The notes: a model not told the origin generated them from the sequence alone. Shown: positions 29,776 to 39,578, numbered from the stretch's first letter. The stretch: DNA of 64,000 bases from Nitrososphaerales archaeon (GCA_023269855.1 JAGDWP010000050.1:8503-72502); one strand, 5' to 3'. Program-made: numbers and translations.

Positions 29776-30357
29776 TCAGGTTTTCTGATATCTAGGATTA
29801 TCAACTATTCTTACTTGCTTGTTTTCTTCTATAACTATTTTGGCGAATCCTTTTTCTTTAACTATTAGGTAATCATGACCAGCGTCTGAAGGATAAGCAA
29901 AGAAGAAGATGAATTTTCCTCTTCCAGTGTTTATTGTGCGGTGACCCCATCCGGGAGGAACGTATCCTAAGGAACCGGGTTCAAGCTCTATCACCGATAC
30001 TTCACCATTTTCATTCTGCATTAGAAGCAAACCTTTCCCCTTTAAGCAGAGATAGAATTCAGCTGCATCTTTCTCATGGAAGTGCCCTTTCGTCATATAG
30101 TATTCTTTTCCAATCTTTCCAGGATATATTATTGTTACTCCAAGGTTCAAATTGCCAGATGTTTCGGAAGCTATATATTCGCTGTACTCATATATGATTG
30201 GGTCTCTTCCTCTTGATAGTATCTTTTCCGCATCCTCAATACTTGAAAAGTATTCTTTTATTTCGCTTAATCGAACTTCCTTCTTTCTCTTGTATGGTTG
30301 TACGGTTCCTTTCTTAAAGTCTATAATTACTTTCTCAGGTTTTAATAGTTCAGACAT
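29776..30357 (-). CDS. pgiA: Cupin-type glucose-6-phosphate isomerase
   Basis: PGKIGKEYYMTKGHFH, E.Y, HRTINTG, AGHDY. Confidence 0.9.
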   Translation of the reverse strand: MSELLKPEKVIIDFKKGTVQPYKRKKEVRLSEIKEYFSSIEDAEKILSRGRDPIIYEYSEYIASETSGNLNLGVTIIYPGKIGKEYYMTKGHFHEKDAAEFYLCLKGKGLLLMQNENGEVSVIELEPGSLGYVPPGWGHRTINTGRGKFIFFFAYPSDAGHDYLIVKEKGFAKIVIEENKQVRIVDNPRYQKT

Positions 30358-30368
30358 ACTCTATCTAC

Positions 30369-32222
30369 TCAAGGTAGATCTAAGGCAATTTTTATATCTT
30401 TAGATACGATTCCATCCATAGTCCATCTCCTAGCGGTATAGTATTCATCCAACATAGTGTTAAATATTTCAGGTGATAGAACGTGGCCTTTTGCTGGACC
30501 GTCAGGTATCGGTTCTCTCATGATTCGTTCTGGAAGTATGTCGTCTTTACGATTAACTCCTTCTCTGTTTAAGATCATTCTTTCAAGATTGTAGACTCGT
30601 TCACCTATAGAGTTTAAGTTTATGTCAAGCTCTATTCCTGTAACGAATTTGAAGACTTCTGGGCTAGGAGTATCAGTAAAGTTTAGGGATCTTCTCGGTA
30701 TCGTACATATTCCTAGGGAGTCAACGTATCCTCTTACATCCTGTATTGTTTTAACGAGTTGACCTTTGCCCTTCACCGCGTATCTATCAATTTTTGGTTT
30801 AAGTAATTCATCTCTAATAGTCCATCCTCCCACATTATGGCATGCTCCTCTAGATGATGTTGCATATGCAAGACCCATCCCGTAGAAGGCTCTAGGTTCA
30901 TATGCTGTAAACTCCATTCTCTTGACATGCATTGCATAGTACTCAGCGTTATGTCCAATATACTGAGCTGCTCTTACCGCTCCATCCGCTAATTTTTCTC
31001 CGAAACCTCTTCTCTCACCAATCAATCTCGTTAATTCCACTACTGCTTCACTATTTCCAAATCTCAACTCCATCCCATTAGTCTTCTCTTTATCAAGGAT
31101 TCCTTTTTCATACAATTCCATTGCGAACCCGATCACATACCCTGCTGAGATCCCGTCCAAACCATAATCGTCTGAGAGATTGTTAGCAGCTACTATGTAG
31201 TTGTAGTCGAAAACCCCACATTGAGGTCCAAATGACCAAATTGTCTCATATTCAGGTTTACTAGTGAAGTCTTTGTATTCTTCCATGTTGGGTTTAGCAT
31301 ATTTCCCACATGCGATTGGACATCGATAACATGCTACGTCTTTTGCTACAAATTCTTCTCTGAAAATCTTAGAAGACAGTCGAGCTATAAGATCTTCCTC
31401 AACTCTAGTTCTAGTAAAATTCATCAATGGATAAGCTCCAAGCTCATATAGCGAGTCTATATACTGGGCCGTTCCATACTTTGTATGGTAACCCGTTGTT
31501 TCTTTTAACAAACTTAGATTATTCCTCAAATATTCTGAAAGCTTGTCAGGTTGAGCGATTTCAACTTCTTTTGAGCCTGAGACGATTACTCCTTTAAGAT
31601 TCTTTGAACCCATAACTGCTCCAACACCTCCTCTTCCAAAGCTTCCACCCCTACGTGCGCCTGGGAAATCAACTTGGACGCTGGCAATTTTAGAAAGTTT
31701 CTCTCCTGCAGGACCTATACATGCGACCGTTCCCTTATCGCTTCCCACTTTGTCAAGTAGAACCTTCTGAGCCTCGCTACTCTTCAACCCCCAAGCATCT
31801 TCAGCATTTGCTATTTTTACTTCGTTATCGTTTAAAATAATGCATGATGGTTTATTCGCCCTTCCTTCTATTATTAGACCGTCATATCCAGCTTTTTTAA
31901 TGAATGCTCCAAAGTGGCCTCCCGCATTGGATACTGTGTAGATGTTTGTTAACGGAGACTTAGTTACGATGTGTGCTTTCGAAGAACCCCATACAGTAGT
32001 ACCCGTTAGTGGCCCTGTCATTATTATTAATTTATTTTCTGGAGATAGTGGAGGAGTATCTGGACTTATTTCTTCATAATAGTATCTTGCAGCTAATCCA
32101 CGACCTCCCAGATACTTTCTTAACCATTCTATTGGGATCTTTTCAGTAGATATTTTTTCCTTAGATAAGTTTATACGAACTATTCTTCCATTATATCCAT
32201 AGAGTTTTTCTTGACTCATCAC
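30369..32222 (-). CDS. aor: Tungsten-dependent aldehyde:ferredoxin oxidoreductase family protein
   Basis: GGRGL, KSPLT, IGPAGE, GAVMGSKNLK, CxxCxxxC, EYET, DDYGLDGIS, RGACH. Confidence 0.93.
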   Translation of the reverse strand: MMSQEKLYGYNGRIVRINLSKEKISTEKIPIEWLRKYLGGRGLAARYYYEEISPDTPPLSPENKLIIMTGPLTGTTVWGSSKAHIVTKSPLTNIYTVSNAGGHFGAFIKKAGYDGLIIEGRANKPSCIILNDNEVKIANAEDAWGLKSSEAQKVLLDKVGSDKGTVACIGPAGEKLSKIASVQVDFPGARRGGSFGRGGVGAVMGSKNLKGVIVSGSKEVEIAQPDKLSEYLRNNLSLLKETTGYHTKYGTAQYIDSLYELGAYPLMNFTRTRVEEDLIARLSSKIFREEFVAKDVACYRCPIACGKYAKPNMEEYKDFTSKPEYETIWSFGPQCGVFDYNYIVAANNLSDDYGLDGISAGYVIGFAMELYEKGILDKEKTNGMELRFGNSEAVVELTRLIGERRGFGEKLADGAVRAAQYIGHNAEYYAMHVKRMEFTAYEPRAFYGMGLAYATSSRGACHNVGGWTIRDELLKPKIDRYAVKGKGQLVKTIQDVRGYVDSLGICTIPRRSLNFTDTPSPEVFKFVTGIELDINLNSIGERVYNLERMILNREGVNRKDDILPERIMREPIPDGPAKGHVLSPEIFNTMLDEYYTARRWTMDGIVSKDIKIALDLP

Positions 32223-32366
32223 TATCCACTTCCTAATTCTGGTCTAGATTTCTATTTTAGGATTATGAAAAAGCATCTTAAGACTGTATAGAGTATTTCT
32301 TGATAAAAAATCTATAGTCTGTACTCAAATAGCTTCTTGTCTTCTTTACAATTAAAGCTTTGGATT

Positions 32367-33914
32367 TCACCCGATTAATGATTCGTGTCCTTCAAGTATG
32401 TAATCAAGTTTATCTATCAGCTTCTCATAGAAATTAGAGTATTTCTTGTATGTTTCATGTACTTCAGGGTTTGGCTGGATTCTCTTGATCGGTTTAACCC
32501 ATTCATTGATTGTTTTGTTGTAGTCTTTTATAAGTTTTACACCATATCCGCCTATAACTGCTAATGCTGTAACGGCGTATTCTTCTCTGTTAAGTAATAC
32601 GTAGGGTACTCCGAGGATGTCTGCTTTAATCTGATTCCATACATCACTTTTATTTCCACCTCCGATACCTCTAACTTCTTCTATCCTAATCTCTTTCAAT
32701 AGTTCTTTCAGTATCTTTAGGTAATGGTTGTATTCGTATGCTATTGCCTCGAGTATGGATCTAAACAGATGACCTGTTGTATGTTTCCATGTGAAACCTA
32801 TCCAAACCCCTCTTATTCTAGGATTGTATGGGTATGCTCTACCTCCTAGGTGAGGTATGAAGATTACGCCTTCACTTCCAGGAGGAATTCTTGAGGCTTG
32901 TTCATCTAGGGTCCTGTAGGGATCTTGACCTTTTTCCTGAGCTATTCTTTTCTCTTCTTTAGCTATCTCATCCCTAAACCATCTTAAGCATAAGCCGCCT
33001 CCATTTATGTATGCTCCAACACACCATAGCTCTGGTACTACTGATTTTAGATATAGAAGAGTCTTGTATCTTGTATCAGGTACAAGTTTATCTGTTGATA
33101 CATAAAATGCTGATGCAGTGCCAGCTATATCTAGACATAATCCAGGTTGAGTTAAGCCTGCTCCAAATGTACATGCCATCCCATCTCCTGCTCCAGCGGC
33201 TATCGGTATACCCTTCGGCAGCCCTAGCTTACTAGCTTCTTCTGAGACTAGTTCTCCAATTATCTCCCAAGGCTTAACTATTTTAGGCATTTTATCTAAG
33301 GGTAGCTTGAATATTTCGGCTAATTCTTCAGAATACTTCATTTTATGTACGTCGAATAAACCTGTAAATGTTACATATGTGTAATCATAGAAAGCTTCGT
33401 CGCCTTTTAATCCAGCAAGTTTTCCTGCTACATAGACTGCAGGCACTGTAAATTTACATATATTTTCAAATACTTCTGGTCTTTCATTCTTCCACCACAT
33501 CATTTTTGGTAAGTGATCTATTGTGGGTGGTGCACCTGTTAACTGTATAAGCAGGTCTTCATAATTTTGTTTGATGTAATCTAGGTATTCTTTACATCTT
33601 ATATCCAACCATGAATCATAAGGCATTACCGGTTTCCAATCTTTATCTACTGCTAGTATTCCAGCCATCTGTCCACTGAAAGCAATAGACGCTACGTCTT
33701 TAGGGCTTACTCCAGACTTTTTTATTACTTGTTTAATTGTATTAATGGATGAAGTATAGAAATCTTCTGGTTCTTGTTCAACCCATCCAACTCGCGGATA
33801 GTATAGTTTTGATTCTTCGTAAGCTACTGCTAACTGGTTTCCCTCAACATCAAATATGGAGGCTTTCGTTCCAGCAGTTCCTATATCTACACCTATCAAA
33901 TATTGTGAGCACAT
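32367..33914 (-). CDS. FGGY carbohydrate kinase (xylulokinase-like)
   Basis: GVDIGT, FSGQM, W.D.R, AGAGD, GTAS, GGGNKS.VW.QIKAD. Confidence 0.92.
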   Translation of the reverse strand: MCSQYLIGVDIGTAGTKASIFDVEGNQLAVAYEESKLYYPRVGWVEQEPEDFYTSSINTIKQVIKKSGVSPKDVASIAFSGQMAGILAVDKDWKPVMPYDSWLDIRCKEYLDYIKQNYEDLLIQLTGAPPTIDHLPKMMWWKNERPEVFENICKFTVPAVYVAGKLAGLKGDEAFYDYTYVTFTGLFDVHKMKYSEELAEIFKLPLDKMPKIVKPWEIIGELVSEEASKLGLPKGIPIAAGAGDGMACTFGAGLTQPGLCLDIAGTASAFYVSTDKLVPDTRYKTLLYLKSVVPELWCVGAYINGGGLCLRWFRDEIAKEEKRIAQEKGQDPYRTLDEQASRIPPGSEGVIFIPHLGGRAYPYNPRIRGVWIGFTWKHTTGHLFRSILEAIAYEYNHYLKILKELLKEIRIEEVRGIGGGNKSDVWNQIKADILGVPYVLLNREEYAVTALAVIGGYGVKLIKDYNKTINEWVKPIKRIQPNPEVHETYKKYSNFYEKLIDKLDYILEGHESLIG

Positions 33915-34019
33915 AATATCTACCTCTTCAAAGATCTCTAACGATTAGTTAATAATATATCTTGCTTGAATCTTCGATTCCACTACTCTTCATAATGAAT
34001 CTATAAGTAATCTTTCAAT

Positions 34020-35651
34020 TTATTGTCCTCCAAGTTCTCCTTCATGTCTTTTCGCATATCTTCTATCTACAACTTCATCTATCCTCAACAACATTACAGC
34101 TGTCTCAACAGATGTCTTTAGGATTTGTTCTTTAGCTTTGTAAGATTCAATAACATTCTTTTCAAGCATATTGGCTACAGCCCCAGTATATGGGTCAAAT
34201 CCGTAATAATATTCCCCACCTACATGTTTAGACATCAATTCCGGTATAATGTCTACTGGATTGTATCCAGAATTACTGATTAATATTCTCGGTATGTTCT
34301 CTAAGGCATTCGCAAAGGCATGCATTGCAACTTGTTCTTTACCGCTATATTTGGTAGATTCATTCCTAATAGTTATTGCTAAGGCTTCTTCTACAGCTCC
34401 TCCTCCAGGAACGTATAATGGTTCTTGAAGTAGTGAAGCCACATATTTTACCGCATCCTTTATAGCGTGTTCAACTTCATCAAGTAATCTTTCTAATCCA
34501 GCTCTTAACAATATAGTCACTCCTTCAGAATGATCGCATCCCTCAATTATTACTACTCTATCTTCTCCTATCTTCTCTTCTCTAATTAGTGCAGCTTTTC
34601 CAAGGTCTTCTTCTCTGAGGTCATCTAAGTCTGAAACTATGTTCGCGCCTGTAAATCTTGCTACATTATAGAAGTCTTCTTCTTTTAGAAGTCTCCCTAT
34701 GGCCATTACCCCCGCATCTGCAAGCAACTGACTCGCTATCTTGCCTATCCTCTTCCTACAGATTACAGCATTTACTCCAAGAGATAATATCTTGTTAACC
34801 ACGTCTTTGATTAGGTTTCTTTCTTCTTCGAGGAATTGAGTAACATGGAGTGGGTTGCTTATGGTGATTTGATACTTGTAAGGTTGAAAGTGTCTAAATT
34901 CATCTATCTTTAATGCCATGTTTAGGACGGCTATCTTTGCATCTTTCACTATTCTAGGCATTGATGGATGAACAATCTTCTTATCTATCACTATGCCTTT
35001 AATAACAATACTTTCTTCAAGGCTTTTCCCTATCTTCTTAACTATCCTTATATTGTTTGTATCAAGTAACTCTTTGCTCTTAGAATTTTCAATAACGTGG
35101 CGTAAAGCTTTAGTAGTTATGTCTGCCAGTAATCTTGCATCGTGTATGTTTTTGCTATTAAAAAGTGTAAAAATAAAACTTCTTAGAGTATTATCAGCTA
35201 CCTTCTCGATAGGCTTGCTCATCTCTCTTAAACGTTTTAGGGCTATATTATAGGCAATTAAATATCCATCAATGATTTTACTAACCTTAACCTTGTGACT
35301 AACTAGTCTCTCAGCTCTCTTCAGTAATTCTCCAATCAATATAATGGTTGTCTTCGAACCGTCTCCAACCATTGTTTCAACTGTTTTTGCAGCTTCCCGT
35401 AATACTTTAGCTACAGGATGGTGTAAATCCAGTTTATCTAAAATTACTGCACCATCATTTGTAATTCCAGTCTCATCAAACTTGTCTATAACCATTTTGT
35501 GCATTCCTCGTGGTCCTAAGCAAGGTTTTAGGAATTCTGCGATATACTCAGCAACAGAAATATTGTCTTTCCATGCTACTAATTTCCTACTCTTCAGTAC
35601 TCCTTCTCGATGAAGTGAGAGAGGATCACGTATGATGTATCTCTTAGACAT
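34020..35651 (-). CDS. Divergent group II chaperonin (thermosome-like) subunit
   Basis: LGPRGMHKM, ITNDGAVIL, HPVAK, VGDGSKTT, GGGAVE, LLRIDEVV. Confidence 0.88.
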   Translation of the reverse strand: MSKRYIIRDPLSLHREGVLKSRKLVAWKDNISVAEYIAEFLKPCLGPRGMHKMVIDKFDETGITNDGAVILDKLDLHHPVAKVLREAAKTVETMVGDGSKTTIILIGELLKRAERLVSHKVKVSKIIDGYLIAYNIALKRLREMSKPIEKVADNTLRSFIFTLFNSKNIHDARLLADITTKALRHVIENSKSKELLDTNNIRIVKKIGKSLEESIVIKGIVIDKKIVHPSMPRIVKDAKIAVLNMALKIDEFRHFQPYKYQITISNPLHVTQFLEEERNLIKDVVNKILSLGVNAVICRKRIGKIASQLLADAGVMAIGRLLKEEDFYNVARFTGANIVSDLDDLREEDLGKAALIREEKIGEDRVVIIEGCDHSEGVTILLRAGLERLLDEVEHAIKDAVKYVASLLQEPLYVPGGGAVEEALAITIRNESTKYSGKEQVAMHAFANALENIPRILISNSGYNPVDIIPELMSKHVGGEYYYGFDPYTGAVANMLEKNVIESYKAKEQILKTSVETAVMLLRIDEVVDRRYAKRHEGELGGQ

Positions 35652-35797
35652 CTTATCACCTCACTCTAATCTGTCTATATCCAGTTCCATGGCTAATTCA
35701 TTATCCAAGGTTATTAACATTTGCTTCCTATAGCAGATCTAGACGGATTCAGAACTTCTTGTAATAGTTTATTAGTTGATGTATGTATCTCTGCTTA

Positions 35798-35853
35798 GGC
35801 GATGATGAATCCTGGCTGCCGGATTTGATGATGAAGGCCAAAAGCTCTGAGTC
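35798..35853 (+). ncRNA. Box C/D guide sRNA
   Basis: C ATGATGA 35802-35808, D' CGGA 35820-35823, C' ATGATGA 35828-35834, D CTGA 35847-35850; 11-12-nt guides; terminal GGC/GTC stem; TTTATTA about 25 nt upstream. Confidence 0.8.
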
Positions 35854-35891
35854 AATCAAACAATATGATCTCCATACTAAGCCTCTGATTT

Positions 35892-36848
35892 CTACCACCA
35901 TTTCATACTGTATCTGTAATCTTCTATTTCTTCACCCTTGTTAGGTTTTCTGAAAACAAATAAGTGTTCATGTTCGATCAAGTAAAAGTCTGTCCAGTAG
36001 CGTTTATCGTGAGGTTTTTCTACCCAGCATTCTTCAGCGGTCTTCACTAAGCCTACCCATTTTCTACCAGTTGTCTTGGTATGCCATTGGATTTTGATTA
36101 TGTCTTCTTTCAAGATGAATCCTACATCTAGAAATTGCTGCATGACTCGGAAAGCTATTGGAACATAGTGTCTATGCTTCCTAGTGTCGCCTATTAGTAT
36201 TGCGCAGAATCTACCAGGCTTTAATACTCTGAAGCTTTCTTTAGCTACTTGGCGTATACCTTCTAAATACTCTTCAAGACTGTAGACTTGTGATAAGTCA
36301 CCTTCCACTCTTCTATCTTTAGAGTATGAAACTATGTTTGCATAGGGTGGATGTGTAGCTATCAAGTCTATAGACTCATCCTTGATCAAGTCTAAGTTTC
36401 TAGCATCACCATGATATACCCTTATCTCAGGTTCTAAGTAGTCTTGGTCTAGAGGCTTGTATGTAAAGTTCAGTCTATCTAAGGTCAGTATCACTGCATC
36501 ATAATTTATATCGACGCCTATGGCGTTTCTACCTAAAAGCTTACATTCTACTAAAGTAGTTCCTCCACCACACATCTGGTCTAAGACCAGTTCTCCAGGT
36601 TTACTATATCGTAGTATAATGTTTCTAGGGATTTGAGGAGCCCAATTACCTCTATAATCGCCTCTATGAGTAGACCATTCACCTCTATCTGGGAAAGACC
36701 AGACAGTCGATGTTTCCAAAGTGAAGTTATGGGGTTGATATTTCTCAACCTTGTGAGGTTTCCCAACAGGTATCTCCTCATCTTCTATACGGACAGAATC
36801 ATTCGTCTTAACATACTCTAAATACTCTTCAAGCTTTACAAGTCTCAT
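35892..36848 (-). CDS. Orphan N4/N6-type SAM-dependent (DNA) methyltransferase
   Basis: LDQMCGGGTT (motif I) precedes ATHPPY (motif IV); RVLKPG; ATG at 36848 preferred over 36929. Confidence 0.85.
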   Translation of the reverse strand: MRLVKLEEYLEYVKTNDSVRIEDEEIPVGKPHKVEKYQPHNFTLETSTVWSFPDRGEWSTHRGDYRGNWAPQIPRNIILRYSKPGELVLDQMCGGGTTLVECKLLGRNAIGVDINYDAVILTLDRLNFTYKPLDQDYLEPEIRVYHGDARNLDLIKDESIDLIATHPPYANIVSYSKDRRVEGDLSQVYSLEEYLEGIRQVAKESFRVLKPGRFCAILIGDTRKHRHYVPIAFRVMQQFLDVGFILKEDIIKIQWHTKTTGRKWVGLVKTAEECWVEKPHDKRYWTDFYLIEHEHLFVFRKPNKGEEIEDYRYSMKWW

Positions 36849-36953
36849 ATTGATATAACCAGATTCTCTAACCATGTTATCTTTAATCTTATAATCCATA
36901 AATATGAATCTATCAAGATTTATTTGCATCCCGTCAAACCCATCGATATATAT

Positions 36954-37142
36954 TTAGAACACCTCTAATAAAGAACCACACTTTAGGCATCTAACAATTA
37001 TTGAGAGTACACCATAATAACCATCATCAATATCTATAAACTCATAGTTATAATCATCAGGATATATGATGGTGTTACATTATGGACATACAATCTTACC
37101 ATCATCATCTACAATAAACTCTATAAACATACTCTTAGACAT
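36954..37142 (-). pseudogene. Small zinc-ribbon protein with in-frame stop
   Basis: MSKSMFIEFIVDDDGKIVCP*CNTIIYPDD...RCLKCGSLLEVF; TAA at 37080-37082 lies inside the first CxxC. Confidence 0.55.
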
Positions 37143-37173
37143 CTATCCTATCTCTAAGATAAAGATTCTATAA

Positions 37174-38081
37174 CCTTAGTTCCCATCAAATTTAAGTTTA
37201 CGTTTTTCTATTTTTAGTGTATGAGTTATGCTGATATGTTGGCTATTGTTAGGAGGGTCATCTCTCCTATTGTGGCTGAGCATTACCCTAGTAAGGCTAA
37301 TCATGAGAAGATGAGCCTACATGACCTTATTGTGTTCGGTGTTATGGCTCATATAGTCTTCGATGGCATCTATAAGAAGGCTTATAAGCTCTTCATAGAA
37401 GAGCTTGGTTTCTTCCCAAGTGTTAGGTATAATAAGGTTGTGGAGAGGCTGAATAGGTATGAGGGGTTGCTGATAGAGTGCTTAAAGCTATTCAAGCTTG
37501 AGGGGCAGGTGGTCGTAGACTCTAAGCCCTTAGAGACGAAGAAACTAGCTAGGTTTAAAAGGCATAGTAGGAGAGGTGAATCTAAGCTCATAAAGAATGA
37601 GGAAGGTATAGGGTTCAACCCTTTAAAAGAGGGTTCTACGTAGGATACAAGCTAACCTGCGCTACAGATGGAATATACTTGAACCTCTTATACGTAGACT
37701 CTGCGAACGAGCATGACCTCACTATAATCAAAAATAGGAGAGAAGATTTCGTAGAAAGATTCAAGGGAAAACGGTCATTCTTGATAAAGCCTACATAGAT
37801 AGAGGGTTCGAGGAGGAGATGAGGAGGAAAAACGTACAATACATAGCTATAAAATAGCTATAAAGAGGAAGAATATGATCAGCTCAGATAATGAGAGAGA
37901 ATATTATAGAGCCTTATCCAAGCTTAGGAAGATGATAGAAACCATATTCTCACAACTCGAGAACCTAGGGCTAAGATTCGTAAGAGCAATATCAAGAAGA
38001 GGCCTAGCAATAAAGATCATCTTATCCACAATAGCATACAACATACTACAAGTGATGAGAGGAATTTGATGGGAACTAAGG
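37174..38081 (+). mobile_element. IS982-family-like (ISPfu3-like) insertion sequence, 908 bp
   Basis: Perfect 19-bp TIRs CCTTAGTTCCCATCAAATT and AATTTGATGGGAACTAAGG; flanking 5-bp direct repeat TATAA at 37169-37173 and 38082-38086. Confidence 0.88.
37221..38069 (+). pseudogene. Fragmented DDE transposase
   Basis: VDSKP, GFYVGYKL, ANEHD, DKAY and RKMIETIFS lie in different frames; 11-bp tandem duplication ATAGCTATAAA at 37843-37864. Confidence 0.85.
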
Positions 38082-38695
38082 TATAACGGAGTATTCTTGC
38101 TATCAACTTCACCGCCGGACGATTGACTTTATGTGTTGAAAAACTAGGTTTTTCTAGAAATACCGATTCTGAAACAGCATATTCCTTAGATTTAGCAGTA
38201 ACTAATGAAAAACGGAGTTTTTCGCTCCAGTAAATAAGGCAATAGCTCTGTTCATATGATTCTTAAGCAATTAAGATTCAAACTTATTAAAACATGATTT
38301 AGAAAAATGCTTCTAAGAAGAAGTAAAAGGGAAGGGGGAAAGAAGAGAAGGTTTCTAGCACATTTATTGCTTTCTCCGTCAGTCTAAATGGCCGCCTGAC
38401 CGGGTTCTGGGCTACATAGTCTTTCATAGACATATACTTGTCCTTTCTATTATTAGAAATGATAACATCCATAACAGTTTCACTTCAGTTTAATCTATCC
38501 CTCAGACGTCTTCCAAGAAAACGATCTGTCACGGTGGCTTAAAAACAGTTCAGTATATCTCAACTGTACATTAATAAATCTGCATCTCACGCAGACATGA
38601 TCAAACCAGAGAGTCAGCCCATTATAGTTAAGAGGTAGAATGATGCTATTCCGTGTTTGCTAAAGTCTTAATACCTGGTTAACCATGGATATTGC

Positions 38696-38750
38696 AGGAT
38701 GATGTGGAATCAGTCCTCTGATCGATGAAGAATATGGGACAGCCTGACTT
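38696..38750 (+). ncRNA. Box C/D guide sRNA
   Basis: C ATGATGT 38699-38705, D' CTGA 38718-38721, C' ATGAAGA 38725-38731, D CTGA 38744-38747; two 12-nt guides; weak AGG/CTT terminal stem. Confidence 0.75.
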
Positions 38751-39578
38751 TTAGACTATTCGTGATAATTCTTCATAATCTTCTCTATTCATCTTCCAAC
38801 CGATTGAGCCTAGTATCTCTTCTAGATGTTGAGGGTTTAATGTTCTAGGTATAGCTACAACATTCTCATGTCTGAGTACCCAGTTGAGAGCTACTTGTAC
38901 TGCTGTCTTACCATATTTCTTACCAATGCTTTCTAGCTTACTCTTGTATGGTTCATGAGCTATTAACCCCTTCGCTAAAGGTCTATAAGCAATAACTGTG
39001 ATATCGTTCTCTTTACAGAATGGTAAAATCTCATCTTCAATTCCTCTATCAATAATATTGTATAGTACTTGGTTTGACACTATATCTGTATGGGAGAGAT
39101 ACGACATTGCTTCCTCCATATCTCTTACACAGAAGTTACTTACCCCGATGAATCTAGTCTTTCCCTCCATGACTAGTTTCTCCATAGCTTTCATTGTTTC
39201 CCTCAATGGTATTCCAGGATTAGGCCAATGAATCTGATATAAGTCAACATACTCTATCTTTAGTCTTTTCAAGCTTCCATCTAAGGCTCTCAAGACATCA
39301 TTGTATCTAAGATTGGAACTCCATACTTTCGTCGCAATGAATGTCTTTTCTCTATCGAATTCTTTGATAGCTTCTCCAACTATTTCTTCTGAGTGACCTG
39401 CTCCATACATCTCTGCAGTATCTATGAATGTTATACCTTTCTCTACTGCAAGCTTGATGATTTTTATTGCTTGTTCATCTGCTGAATAATCGGGGGTGAA
39501 TCTTCCACCAATCTCCCATGTTCCAAACCCTATTACAGGTAAGTAAACATCAGTTTTTCCAAGTCGTCTATACTCCAT
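38751..39578 (-). CDS. Aldo/keto reductase
   Basis: IGFGTW, DTAEMYG, ATK, DLYQIHWP, IGVSNF. Confidence 0.95.
   Translation of the reverse strand: MEYRRLGKTDVYLPVIGFGTWEIGGRFTPDYSADEQAIKIIKLAVEKGITFIDTAEMYGAGHSEEIVGEAIKEFDREKTFIATKVWSSNLRYNDVLRALDGSLKRLKIEYVDLYQIHWPNPGIPLRETMKAMEKLVMEGKTRFIGVSNFCVRDMEEAMSYLSHTDIVSNQVLYNIIDRGIEDEILPFCKENDITVIAYRPLAKGLIAHEPYKSKLESIGKKYGKTAVQVALNWVLRHENVVAIPRTLNPQHLEEILGSIGWKMNREDYEELSRIV

Noticed and set aside
35671-35720. Short upstream ORF before the chaperonin gene
   Set aside because: Too short, with no motif or regulatory codon pattern.
23055-37082. In-frame stops (TGA in sfsA at 23055, TAA in the zinc ribbon at 37080) as recoding, e.g. Sec or Pyl
   Set aside because: TAA is not recoded, the TGA sits at a likely Trp position in a truncated fragment, and both are next to mobile elements, consistent with decay.
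38376-38411. tRNA 3' half (att site) or SRP helix resemblance (GACCGGGTTC / AACCCGGTCAGGC)
   Set aside because: No T-loop TTCRA stem, no SRP GGAA-loop/AGCAG motif, and no integrase nearby.
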